Source: Tilletiaria anomala UBC 951 (taxonomy: Eukaryota). From it: a DNA stretch of 64,000 nucleotides. Of the stretch, positions 48,701 through 61,042 are shown piece after piece. The first letter of the stretch is position 1, and the number at the start of each line of letters is the position of its first letter. The translations under genes were made by a program, and so were the position numbers. The notes under the pieces were generated by a model that worked only from the letters and a program-made list of their open reading frames with translations, made no database searches and was not told where the DNA came from. The stretch lies in NCBI RefSeq assembly GCF_000711695.1, contig NW_013547019.1:186001-250000 (forward strand), written 5' to 3'.

Positions 48701-51134
48701 AGGAGCCATGCGATCGGCGGGCCTCAAGAACATCACTGCAAAACATTTGGGTGAGGAATAGAATACCACCGAGTAGATTGAGGTCGCATGGGCTGACTTT
48801 GCGTTCTGAAAATGGAGCTCTGGCGTCTCAATCACTCTCAGTGGTCATCGCGCTCATTCCGTACATCCGCGAAACCGTCCGTCGACATCTCACGGCACGA
48901 CAAGCAGTTATGCTGACCGAGTTTGACAAGCTCAAGCGTGACTACCAAGAGCATCAGTACGAGATCCATGCCAAGCTTGTTGCCATCATGAGCGATCGGC
49001 TGAGTGTTCATTGCAAGGCACTACGGGTACGTGCCCCTCCTTCTCTATTGCAGCCTCGATCCTTCCATATGCAACGCTAACCCCCTGGAATGACTTTTCA
49101 TAGGGCATCAATTGGAACGCTGAAGCAAGCGGCGCTGAACCTAAGGTGAACAAGTACATGCTTGACCTCGTCAAAGAAACGTCGCTCTTGTACAAGGTGC
49201 TATACCGCTACCTTCCAACACAGACCATCGATGGTGTGATGAGTCAAGTCCTCGCAGCGATTGATAAGCGGACAGCTGCAGCGTTCTTGAGCTTGGAAAT
49301 CCGAAACGAAGGGGCGCGGGCCCGCATGGTTTTCGACATTGAGCACCTGAATTCAAAAATGGGGTCGCTCAAAAGCCTGACATGGAGTGGGCTGGTGAGT
49401 CACAGGTCAAATGTTGCATCCTACGTCCGAGGACTTATCTGAAGGGCTCGTGCTTTCCAGGAACTCGCCAAGGTGTTGAAAGATAAGCATGTTCCGCCAC
49501 CTCAACCGGTGCCGGAGTCTCCGATGCCTGGGACGCCAGTTTCTGCAGGCATATCCTATCAGCCGCGCATCCCTTCTCTGCGCTTCGGTCGCAACAGAGG
49601 CATGGCTACGCCGCCTCCCGCTCCCCCTGTAAGCATGATCGATGGCGCCGTCCATGACGCTGTGCATTCCGCGCAGGGTTCTCCACCACCGCGCCATGAT
49701 GCGCCACACTCTGGTGTGCCTGAATCACATGCGAATTATGGATCGTCGCAAATAAATGGCACCAACCTCGACTTGCTGCCACAGACCCCTGGTAATGGAT
49801 CAGCGGCTCCGCCTGGCGAGGGGAGCTCGGCTGCCCAGGCGCCAGCGGGGGAGGCGCCGCCGACACCAGCGAAGGACGTGGGCGTGGCAAGTGAGGGTGT
49901 AGTGCAACCCGAAGCAGCGCCAAAGAACGAGCCGGCGTCAAGGACATCTCAAGAGGCTACGCTTGTGTATCAAGATGCGGAGACCCGCCGAGGATCGGCT
50001 GACTCTACTGCAAGGCGGTCATCTGAGTCATCCGCACTCGCAGTAGGGGACTCCACTTCCGCAATTTCAACCAGAGATGACGGATCGACAGCAGCAGAGC
50101 AGGTGCCCCCTGAGACTCCCATCACACCTGCCACACCAGGGACGCCCACGACGCCTATAAACGCCCAGCCAGATTCGCCTTCCGGCTCGGGCACTGGAAC
50201 GCCAACGCGCCCGAGCCGCATGTCACTCCAGCAACGCTTGGCAGAGGCGGCACGTAAAAGGGGCCTACAAGCGCAACAGCAGCAGCAACAGCAGCAACCG
50301 CAACAGCAACAACAGCAGGCTTCCTCACAAGCGCCCATGTCAAGTCCAGTTGGCACAGCCGTGCCTGCTGGGGTGATTTCGGCAGCTCCTTCAACATCAC
50401 AGCCCTCGGAAAATTCTGCAGGCAGAGGCGCATCTTCAGAGCAGGTAGCAACGGATGAGTCTTTGGCGGGTGTTGTTGCTGGCGAGAAGGCCGCGCAGGC
50501 CGAAAGTCGGGCAGAGCAAGCTGCTGCAACTACGCAAGCATCCACGCCAGCCAGTCCCTCTGAGCCCGGGCGCTCTCAAGCGGAGGGGCCAACGCAAGAC
50601 AGAGTCCATTCGTCCAGTGCGGAGACGAGCGTTCCCGCGGACAGCACTGAGCAGGAGGTTGTCAAGGCAGAAGAAAAGCCCGCACAGCAAGATGCGGTGG
50701 GTTCGTCGATTGCAGGGATATCGAGCGATGCGGCGCTACGTGCGGATCCGGAGCTGGCAGACACGGAGCAGGGGAAGGAGCCGAAGACGACGATTGCCGC
50801 GTCCCTGTCGCAAGTGGACGCGAGTGATGCGCCCCAGCCCGCCTCACAGCCGAAGTCGGTGGCACTGGCCCAACACCACGAAGCGCCGACCGATGCGACT
50901 GTCTCTCAGCCAGCGTCTGGAGCTGGGGAGCACCAACTCGAAAGCGCGACGGGCGCTGGTGAGGGGGCAGCAACGGATTCAGTCGAGAAAGGAGCAGAGG
51001 ATGCGGAAGACGATTCTCCAGCAGGCGGCTCGGTGCCTAGCACCAGCACTGACGAGGCCGAGGCCGGCAATGTCGTTGTGAATACGGATGTAGCTGCGGG
51101 TGCAAAGGTGGACCAGGAGGTGAAAGCAGCATGA
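45747..51134 (+). CDS. VPS54: GARP complex subunit Vps54
   Basis: LQEKLSYYSDVIEQHLIVEIGARSSSFFAALGNLQDL; spliced FLK-QFNSRTCQVVLGAGAMRSAGLKNITAKHL-ALASQSL; KRDYQEHQYEIHAKLVAIMSDR. About 6 exons with a long low-complexity last exon. Confidence 0.93.
47455..47523 (+). repeat. In-frame 36-nt tandem duplication in VPS54
   Basis: GA(C/T)GAGCTGTTGCG(A/G)AAACGGATATCCAGTCTGA occurs twice and encodes DELLRKRISSL(S/I). Confidence 0.95.
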
Positions 51135-52413
51135 TGACCCAGCAGCCGTGGAACGTGGCCGGCACGGTCCCCTGCGCAGGTTTGACAAAGGAAAAAAGGA
51201 AGGACAGGACTACGAGGAGGGGCTTCTTTGACTCCTTCCGCTAACGGCTGCGGATCAGAGCCATGGGACTCGATACAATCGCTAGCGCAACACCCTGTAC
51301 CCTCAGGCTGTGATACATACATGCATTCGCGATGACCCTCTACGTTCGGCACGAAGCAGCGCGGCGGATTCAGTTACTGCTAGCAGGGTAATCGATGATA
51401 GATAAATGAGGGCCTTCCATAGTATGTAAATACTACAACCCTACAAAGCCATGTACGCGTGATTGGATACTGAAGCACTGAAAATTTAAAGTTAACGAAT
51501 GAGGAAACACGCCACGCCGGCCGGCACTGTGAGCGCCTACCCCCGCGTTTCTAACGGCCGCCGGTCCTTAGGGCTTATAGGTTCCGATGGGTGAGTTTAC
51601 TGATCTTGCTGATATGCATGCACAGATATACGACTTGCGCGAGATGCTGTTGCTGCGGTGAGAGACTGCAAGGGAATGTGCGCCTGCCATAATGATGACC
51701 ATACCGGAAACATAGGTGAAACGGCTGTTTCCATCTGTGAATTCCGTTGGGAGCATGGGCAGTGAAAGTAGACCAATAGGCAGAGATGCAAGGCACTCGA
51801 CCCGCGACCACACTGGCTATGTTCATCCCAGTCGTAGGAGCGTGGGGCGCGGCCAATGCCCAGCAGCAGCGCTGAATACACAATCACGTAACCCTTTGGT
51901 CCACTGTTTGTATTGGGCTCGGCCCGCCGAGGTGAGATGGCACAATCAAGGACATAGTGGCGGACATAAGGTTGTCGCTTCGGGAATAAGATACAGATGG
52001 GTGGCTTCGCTTCGCGTCTCCCAGCCTGAAGAAAGATCGATCGCCAATAGGAAAGGGAGCTCCGGAGGCGTCGAAACAAGTCTGAATGGCATGAATGAAT
52101 GGTCACAGATGAAAGATGTGAGATGGATCGGCATGATCCCCTGTCTCACATATTCACGCTGATTGAGGCTTGACGGACCCACAATCTGTACACATCCACC
52201 TCACTCTATCTCCATCTCTCTCGTCTCATCGCCCAACTCGCTGTAAGAAAGATCATCGTCATCGCACCAACAGCGGTCGTTCGGATCGATATAAATACTG
52301 CGCCTCTTATCGCTCACCCCACTCGTAACCTCAACCTCCCTCTTGCCTGCATCTCACCCGGTCCTCGTCCCAGTCGTAGGCCCTGCCTCTGCTCCGGTTG
52401 TGCAAACGACGCC

Positions 52414-53783
52414 ATGTCTGGTCTCAAGAACGTCGTCATCATCGGCGCTGCCTGTGAGTTTGCGCACCCATCCCCTGCCTCGCTACTCTCCTGCGTACGT
52501 AGTACGTTTGGCTCCACAGCTGACAGCTCAGCACGGGTCCTCCCCCTCTTTTCCCCTCACCCCATTGCACAGCCGGCGGCGCCACCGTCGCCCGGGCACT
52601 CGCCAAATCCCTCCCAGAAACGCATCGTATCGTGCTTATCGACGCCAACGAGGCTGCCTTCTGGCAGGTCGCCGGATTGCGCGCCTCCGTCCAGCCCGGC
52701 TTTGAGGACAAGCTGTTTGCCGATCTCGCCACGTTTTGGAAGCCCGGTTCGCGGCACATCGTCAAGCCCAAGACTAAAGTCACCGAACTCGGTGAGGACT
52801 TTGTCGTTACGGACGCAGGCGAGAAGATCAGCTTTGATGTGAGTTGCTCGTGCGGATACAATGAGAGAGCAGCGTCTGACGACTGTTGATGGCACTCCGT
52901 CTACCATCCCCAAAAGTACGCTGTCCTCGCCATGGGCGCAAAGTACCAGACACCCGGTCGCCAGGCATCCCACAGCAAGGCCGAGTCGATCGCGTCGCTG
53001 AAGCAGATGCAGGCGCAGATCGCCGCAGCTAGGCACATCCTCGTCGTTGGCGGCGGACCTGTCGGTGTCGAGTTCATCGGCGAAGTGATTTCACAGTACA
53101 GTGGGAAGGATAAGAAAAAGATCACGCTCGTGCACAACGGCAAGCAGCTGATCGGCAGCAAGTACTCGGCGTCGTTGCACTCGAAACTGTCGGCGCAGCT
53201 GCAGAAAGCTGGCGTGCACGTCCTGCTCGAAGAGTCCATCCCGTCCGAGCAGCTGCCGTCGTCGACCGGTTCGCTGGAGGCGGCGCGTACGTTCACCACC
53301 GCCAAAGGCACGTCAGTCGGCGATGTGGACTTTGCGCTGCTCTCGTTCAGCGGTAAGCCCAACTCGCAGCTCGTGAGCGCGTTCGACGCGTCGGCCGTCG
53401 ACCCTGCAACGCAATGGGTGCGCGTCGACGAGCAGAGCCTCCACGTGCTCTCCGACGACGCAGGAAAGATGCAGCGCTACTTTGCCCTCGGCGACGTCTC
53501 GGACGCGCCAGGGGGTAAGCTCGTAGCTCAAATCAACAACCAGGGCCCCGTCATCGCCGCTAACATCGCTGCACTCGTCCGCTCCTCTTCGTCAAAGGCA
53601 GCAACGGCGGGTATCAAGCTGAATGCATACAAGCCCTTGCCCACGTTCATCGCCGTGCCACTTGGCCCCGCCGGCGGCGCAATACAGACGCCGATTGCGA
53701 CACTTGGCGAGTGGACGGTCAGCTTGATCAAGGGCAAGGGGCTCTTCTTATCCAACTTCCAGAGCCTCTACAAGTCGCAGTAG
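52414..53783 (+). CDS. AMID/AIF-like (FSP1-type) FAD-dependent pyridine nucleotide-disulfide oxidoreductase
   Basis: Exons 52414-52453, 52573-52838, 52917-53783. NVVIIGAASGG (FAD binding), ILVVGGGPVGVEFIGE (NAD(P)H binding), FALGDV, IKGKGLF. TATA-like TATAAATA near 52290. Confidence 0.9.
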
Positions 53784-54357
53784 GCCAAAGAAGTGCCTGT
53801 CAGGTGTGTGCTGCTTGCTTTGCTACGCTACGCTACATGCCGCCGTTGCTTTAAGATCGGCCAATGAACGTATGGACGTGAAGTTGTGATGTATGCACTG
53901 CGCTTCTCCAGTTGCGAAATATACCTCGTTGTCTCATTTCCAGAGAAGCCCACAATGGCTTTGTACAGCTGTCACGTATGCTGTTCGCCGTTGCTTCTCC
54001 AGCCTGGATGCCACCAGCTATGGATCCGTCGCACTCGGTTTGCTCCAGGCTGCTCGGGTCCAGGTATGCCGAGGAAGAATGAGGAAGTGAAAGCATGTGA
54101 TTTGTCTGTGACCCTGTCTTTCATTTTCAAGTGGAAGCTCGGGAGCGGCGCTGAAACTAGTCGCTATGCAGACCTGATATGAGTATTGTACCATCCAGAC
54201 AGGAGCGCAACCCTACTTTCTACCCGTTTCTGTCCCCTCGCTTGCCCTTTCGCTCCCCCACCCCCTCTCTTTCGACCTAGCCGCACCCGCCCGTTCAACG
54301 TCTCCCTTGGGTGCTTGAGGTCATAAAATGGCGTGTCGGTAAATAGCAAAGGGCATC

Positions 54358-54560
54358 ATGTCTGACCTCAAGGACATCGTCAACATCGGCGCTGCTGGTG
54401 CGTTGGAACCGTGTCCAGCCGACGAGCCTTGCTCACTGTGCTGCTTCACACGGTCAATTTGTTGGCAGCTGGCTGCGGCGGCGCCCTGCCTCCTTTTCCC
54501 TCCTTATGCTGCACAGCTGGCGGCGCCAACACGGCGCAAGCGCTCTCCAAGTCGTTCGGG
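54358..54560 (+). pseudogene. Truncated tandem paralog of the upstream AMID-like gene
   Basis: ATGTCTGACCTCAAGGACATCGTCAACATCGGCGCTGCTG parallels ATGTCTGGTCTCAAGAACGTCGTCATCATCGGCGCTGCCT. Same intron position, and GCACAG-CTGGCGGCGCC...CTCTCCAAGTC parallels exon 2. Similarity then stops. Confidence 0.85.
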
Positions 54561-55173
54561 GACGGCAACCGCAATTTGGAAGAGAAGGCTTCGGGTTGGT
54601 CAATTACCTCAAGGCATCTGGTATCGATATAGGCGTCAGGGGTATTGCGCTCTTTTATGCAATGTACCTCCTCGTGTTCTCTTTCATCGCTTCGCTTCTT
54701 CCTTCTCCTTCGCGACATATCCTTGAAAATGATCCGATTGAAGTGGTTTCATCGAGCCTGATCCGCCTTGTTTCATATGGCAAGTTTGCAGAATGACAGC
54801 CTCTCATCGCCATCTGCTCCGAGCATACCACGCATAACATTGATCAGATGATCATCTGGTCTATATTCCTTTCTGGTGATGCTGCGAGAGTACATACATA
54901 GCTGACTCATTTCTGCTGACTGGATGAACGACGAGAGCGCTGACGGAGGAAAATGTTCGCGGAGTAGGCGATGACGATGACAATTGAGCGCAAAGATGGC
55001 GACATAGGCTGGAACGACAAGTGAGACGATAGCGGGAATAGGGACCGGTCCCGAACTGCGAGATCGTTGTGCCTAGTGCCCGGGTCAGGTGTGCAGTTGG
55101 CTGAAAGGCACTTCTGAGTGGGACCATGTATCCAGGTTCCATTGAAAAGACCCAATACAAAAACAAACTCTTT

Positions 55174-57883
55174 CTAAACGTATGACTGGCCCAGCCGTGC
55201 GAGGGCCTCGTCAGCCGCTTTAAGTCCATTCAGCAAATCCAGCTCATCCTCCACTTTACGGTCCTCTGCGGCCAGCGCCAGTGTGATCTCTTTTAGCGCC
55301 GAGTTCCAGCGCAAATTGGCTGTATCGGTGATCAAATTCCCACCGGGGCCTTCAACAAGCGCCTTCCCGTTCGCGGCCGTTGGGGCCTCTACCGCAAGGT
55401 ACCTTGCTGCAATGTCTGCGTCGCCATTAGTCGCATTGGCTTGCGGTAGCGTTGTTTGGGACACCTTACGTTCGTGCTCAACACGCTGCTTTTCTTCTTG
55501 TTTCGCGCGCGCCAGCAGAGCGCGGTTGATTGTGCCCTGCAACTGTCCAAGCTCGGAGCTGCCGCTGATGTTCGTGGCGGCATCCGAAGCAGTAGGAACG
55601 CCAAGAGTGACCGAGTGATTTGGAGCAGATGGCAAAACAGCCTTGTCCGTAATCTTCAGCGGCAGTGCTGCTCCTGCTCCTGCTGTTGTTCCTGCCGTGC
55701 TCGGAGACATACAATGCGAGACGATTGAATTGTCATCATCGTCAAGCGAACGAGGTACCGGCTTGCGCCGCTGGCGGCCAACTCCGGTTGTAGCCGCCGC
55801 AACAGGTGCGGAAGTAGAAGGAGACATGGGCCTGCTGACCGGTGTTGGCAATGCGCAACAAGCCTCGAGGGTTTCCCGGGAGACTTCCGCTCCAGCCACT
55901 GCCATCGGCGGAGCAAGCACTGCAGCAGTGCTGAAATCGTTTTCGACGTCAATGGGCGCAGAGGATGATCCTGAACGCAGCGTCATGGAAGACTTGCGGC
56001 GTAACAAATCAAGCGGGCCCATGCTAGGAAGCGCTTTACGCTTCGAAGGAGCTCTCGGTGAAGATGGCAAAGTTCTGCCATTCTCGGCCTCTGCACTTGG
56101 TGAGTCACTCGCTGCAGCGGCCACTCCGACGTTTGCGGTGGAGGCGGGGCGTGGACCTTGGTTGAGCCTCTGGGACTGGCTGCGTTGTACACCGTTGTAC
56201 ACGAGCTTGACTGGCGCAGTAGCAACACCTATACTGCCTGTTGAGCTGGTAGACGTGGCGGACGAGGTTGACGCAGTGTGTTTGTCCTTCGGACGAAAAG
56301 GCATGGCAGCTGTTGCTGCTGTTGATTGAGATAGCTCGGCAACAATGGACGATCCAAGATCTGACTTCTCAGTCATGAGGTCACGCAACGAAGCAGGCAT
56401 GTTGGACGCGAAAATGGGCAGCTCAGCTGCGCCGGTGGCATTAGGCGCCGGCTTGATGCTCTGAACCTCGACTGCAGCGCCTGGTAGTGGAGGAGGCGGA
56501 GGGTTCTCTGACGACATGCCGGCTTCAGCAGCCAGTGCAGCAGCTAATGCCGCATGCCTTTGTTTCTGCATTTGTAGCGTCGCAATACGCGCTGCTTCTT
56601 CTTCGATCGGATCTAAGTTAAACGCCAAGCCGTGTGCGGCTTCATTCGGCGGCTGTGGGGCAACGGACGAAGCCAAAGCGAAAGTCAAGGCTGGGTCCAT
56701 GGATGGCGTCGCCGAAGATGATCTAGCGAGGGAGAGGCCAATGTCGTCCATACGCAGAGCGGCGGCTACATCTGCCATTTGGCTCTTGAAGGCCTCGGCA
56801 TCGAAAGGCGTGGATCCGGAAAGGCTGGATGTGGCGGCTGTGTGATTCGATGCACCGATGTGGCCAGTGTGCTGTGGTAGGCGATGAAATTAGTTCAGCT
56901 GCTTGTGCTAAGCCATGCAACATAGGTCGCTTCTGAGGACGCACCTGGAAATTAGTTGGAAGCCCAATCATGCTTTTCTGTACAACACGTTTCCTCGCGG
57001 GCTGGGAAGACCCAGAAGCACTACCGCCAAATGCAGTGTTGCCGCCCGGCGATTGCATTCCGTCGTTCCTTGCACCTCTTCCGATAAGACCACCGGCGCT
57101 CGCGGGCCGTGTGGGACCAGAAATGGCCTTCTTGCGAACGAATGCTCCGCTGCGCTTGGAAGGCGACGGGGGCTGCGGCACTACCGAACCCACTCCCCAG
57201 CTCCCTCGCTCTTCGACGCTGAAGCTACCTCGGCCGTGCGAGAGGCTCGTCACGCCATGGTAGCTTGCCCTGCTCTGCATCATTGGGGCATGCATGGCAC
57301 GCTGGTTCTCCAATAGCACTTCGTCTTCCACACACATGTCTGCACTTCTGCGTGAACCTGAACCTTCCCCTGTTGCTGCTACTGGATGATCGATATCGGA
57401 GCTGACAAAGGTGTACGAATCACTGCTGACGGGCGGGGCGCGTCGGCTGAGCGCCGCGCTGCTCGCCTTGAACGCTCGCCGACTTTGTGTGCTGTTGCTG
57501 CCTCTACGGCTAAGCAGGCTGTTAGTTCGCTTGAAGCTCGCTTCGTGTGAAGGAGAGGTAGCCCCACCCCCGCCGATGAAAACCGTGGCGTCGCTCCCGC
57601 CTGACGCACCATGGTCATGAAGCGAGACCTTAGATGGCCATTTGGCTGACAGTGGTGCTGCTTGCAAATTCCCTGGACTGGAAACCAGCCCGCTGACCGA
57701 GTCATTAGGAAACCCTGTCAGTGTGTTCTCAGATGCTTGATGCTGTTGGCCATTCTGGATCGAATCGAAGGAGCTACCATTGGCGGACACATGCTGTAGG
57801 CGATGAATCGCGGCGCGGCTGCCGCGTGCGTTGCGTGGGAGCGAGTCGAAATTGGAGGATGACCGGCAGCTTAACAGCGGCAT
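55174..57883 (-). CDS. Low-complexity protein with a CRIB (Cdc42/Rac-binding) motif
   Basis: Splicing intron 56872-56944 joins KSMIGLPTNFQ to HTGHIG, matching the CRIB consensus ISxPxxFxHxxHxG, and continues in frame to the stop at 55174. First in-frame ATG is at 57883. Confidence 0.8.
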
Positions 57884-59292
57884 TTCTGGTCGATTCTGAT
57901 CGTTGCAGACGCCTCGATCGTCTGCCCTTCTTCCTGACAGTGTGATTTGCAAGGGTCGATGTCCGAGATGGAGTAGGTGAAGTGAGTGAGGCAGAGGAGG
58001 TTAACGGTCAGGGATGATGATGATGGTGATGGTCACCGTGATGGATATGCCCCTCACCAACATCTACAAGCCACGGAGCGCCCGAACACTTTCGCAGTGC
58101 CGCACTTCAAACAACCAAAAACCAACTTTCTTTAGTTAAGTACGAAGCGAAAAGAAAGAATATAGGTCCCACTCAAGTCTCAATGGGACTTTGGTAGAGA
58201 CGCTCTCACCAAAAGTCTCCCTTGGGAGGACCTTAAAATTACTTGCTGGGCTACTCAAGCATGCGTTGGGGATTTCGTTGGCTAGAAGCACTTTAGAACC
58301 CCCTTCTCCTCCATGATTCTCTGCGTGGTCGCCACCCTGTCCAAAGCTTTGTGCTCCATACTTGCGTAGCTTCCGAAGCAACAGGAAAGGGCATCCTGCA
58401 GAGCGCAGCAACCTCCAGGCGGCGCAGGCGCGCAGCTCTCGCCAATCTGGTGACAGGCCACTCCAGGCGGGTGTGCATAAGAATCATGAGCAGCGAGGTG
58501 GAGAGAGAGATAGCACTTTCCAGGCCCAAGGCTAGGCTTGTCATCAGCAGGCTCACATAAGGTCCATAAGCGTTCAAAAGGGATCGGCTGGCCACAACGC
58601 GGGACTGAACGTGGATTAACTCAAAGCGTACCAGATGCCTACGCTTCCCGCCTTGTAGCGAGCCATGTCTTCCGTCTGTCCGCTTTGCTCCTCGCGGCAA
58701 ACTCACTGATTAGGATCCTCTCTTCGCTTCCCTGCCCCCACGTCGTATGGTGATCGGCTTTATTATGTGGTTCCCCCTTGACTGCCTCCGCCACTGTTTC
58801 CTTGTTCGCAAGTTAAGCTCCGCATACTGCAATGTTTGGGCCTTAGCCTTGGATAATGTAAAGATTGAAAGCGCCGCGTGCCCCGCAAAGTGTTCACTGT
58901 GAGCGTGAGCCGCCATATGAACATTTCTGTAACATCAAGAAACGCTTCCGGGCTTCGCAGACAGATTCAAAGCGCATAGGACAAACCAACGACGATACCA
59001 AGTGGGGGTTGTGATAATACATGTCTGTGAGAAGCTTGCGTGCGTATTCGGATCGGTCGCGAGGGAAGCGAAGGGGAGGATGCAATCTAGTGCTGAGGGA
59101 TTGCCACAACAGGGCACAAGACAGAATTGACGGTGTAGTAAGGTCCATTGGGGGGGGCGGGTGATGAGGTGGTCTGAGCTGCGGGAAGGTGGTCAAACCT
59201 GCTGAGAAAACGAAGCTAAACGTTCCTTCGTTGTAGCCAGCCAGATCGTAAGAGTGGTGACCGCATGTCTGGGCGATGTGCAGGGACCATAC

Positions 59293-59782
59293 TCAGATAA
59301 TCATGAAAAGAGATCCTGCAGCAGCAGCGACGACACCGACAGCAACGACAGCGGAACAGCTCTGGTACCTCGACTGCGCCGCACTGAGCTTATTCCCTCC
59401 ACCTCCATAGATTGCTGCACCGCTGTTTGGCCGCGTGGTGTCGTTCCATCCTGGGATCTGCGCAGTGTTGAGGATAGAACCAGATGAGTAGTTGGTAGGG
59501 CTGGGGAGCTGAGCCGAAGGCGGCGCAGTGTAGCCCGAAATCGACTGCAGCGTTGCCACCGACGACGGTGCACCGCCGCCACCACCCGCTGCCACCTGAG
59601 CCTGCAGAGAGCAACGGTCATAGATTGAAATTAGCACTGATCAGATCTGTCCTATGTGGACACTTCCTTCAACTGACCTGTCGCGCGAAAAGAGTGGCTT
59701 TCGGCAGCCCTACATACTCGGCGCTGACCCATGGCGCAGCTGAGAGCACAAGGAGCGCGGACAATGATGAAAAGGCGCGCAT
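59293..59782 (-). CDS. Small secreted, probably GPI-anchored protein (137 aa)
   Basis: Exon 1 (59782-59678) MRAFSSLSALLVLSAAPWVSA-EYVGLPKATLFARQ is signal-peptide-like. Intron 59602-59677. Exon 2 is Ser/Thr/Pro/Gly-rich with NYS and NDT sequons and a hydrophobic tail AVVAVGVVAAAAGSLFMII. Confidence 0.75.
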
Positions 59783-61042
59783 TTTGCCTTGAAAGGGAGC
59801 TCTGCGGACCAAACGAGCATATATCATCAGCACAATCCTTTTTTGCCAGATGTGGTCATGTCAGAAAGAAGACAGATCCCTCGCGCAGGTAGCTCGTCGT
59901 GGGGAGACCAGCAGCAAGCATTGCCGTCGCGTGTACTCTCCGACCAAGGCGAGCTCTCCATGTCTTGGTGGAGACGCTGCATAGACAAGTCACATATGCC
60001 TTTTTCCGATCGAATGCGCTGGATGGGCCTTCCCAATAATCGAGTTTGCTTTGTAGCCCCTGTAGCAAGTCAATCCGAGGACAGAATTACAGCTGCCCTT
60101 CAGCCCTTGCCTTGGGATGGCAGCATAGCCTTATTCCGTCGCATTTCTAGCCCCCCAGATGATTGGAGAGCCTTCTTCCCCACGCTAGCAAGTGCGGACC
60201 CTTTGCAAGGGATGCTTCCACCTATGCCACCAAGTTGACATGATAGCGGCCAATCCCTCCGCGACAAAGGCGATGGCAGTGTCGCTGGGACGCTCATTAG
60301 CCCGTCGCCTGACTTACCCAGCAGCTGGTAGCAAGGTCGCCCTATATTTTGGTCGGTGTCGAAGACAGATGTCCCTGCTGTCGAAGAGAACGAGAACAGA
60401 CAGCCCACACAGCCAAAGAAACAAGGCTCAGATTGGTGTTTGATGGAGAGGGGATGGAGGTTGATGGTGATGAGGTGCTTGGATGATGAGGGTCAGCCGG
60501 GGCACGAGAGCAGAGGGCGCCAGTTGCTGCCGGGCAGTGGGGCGAGGTTCACATTGCTCGGCATGCGTGGGATTACGTGTAAACTTCTTCAACGAGAGTG
60601 CCTCATTCCGCACGTAAACCCTCTCTCAGAATTTTTTTGAAGCGCGAAAGACACTGTCGATGGAACTGGGACGAAGAGATCAACGCATTTGCCAGCCAGA
60701 AGAACATTCAATTCTTCTCAACCTTTACTCCCTCGCGAGAAACAAATGGGCCGTTGATCGTAAGCACACATTCGCCTGTTGAAACTGACATCGCAGCCCA
60801 TACAGGAAAGTGCTTGCATGATCAGACAGCTCGGCAGGACCGCAAGAACAGCAGCGCAGCAGGGCCCCATCCTCCCTTTCGGCACTCAACACACGGCCTT
60901 CTGTCTCCTGGCTACACCCACCCTTCCTTCCTCTCGACACTTGGAACAGCGACAGCAGCTGGTTGCACAGAGTGTTCTCGCTGCGCCACACAACCGACAC
61001 CGCCATTTCTCTGCCACGTCGCTTGTAGCAGCAAAAAAGAAA

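Noticed and set aside
58290..59200. Possible non-LTR retroelement remnant on the minus strand
   Set aside because: Only a vague resemblance; no RT, endonuclease or RNase H catalytic motif, poly(A) tail or target-site duplication.
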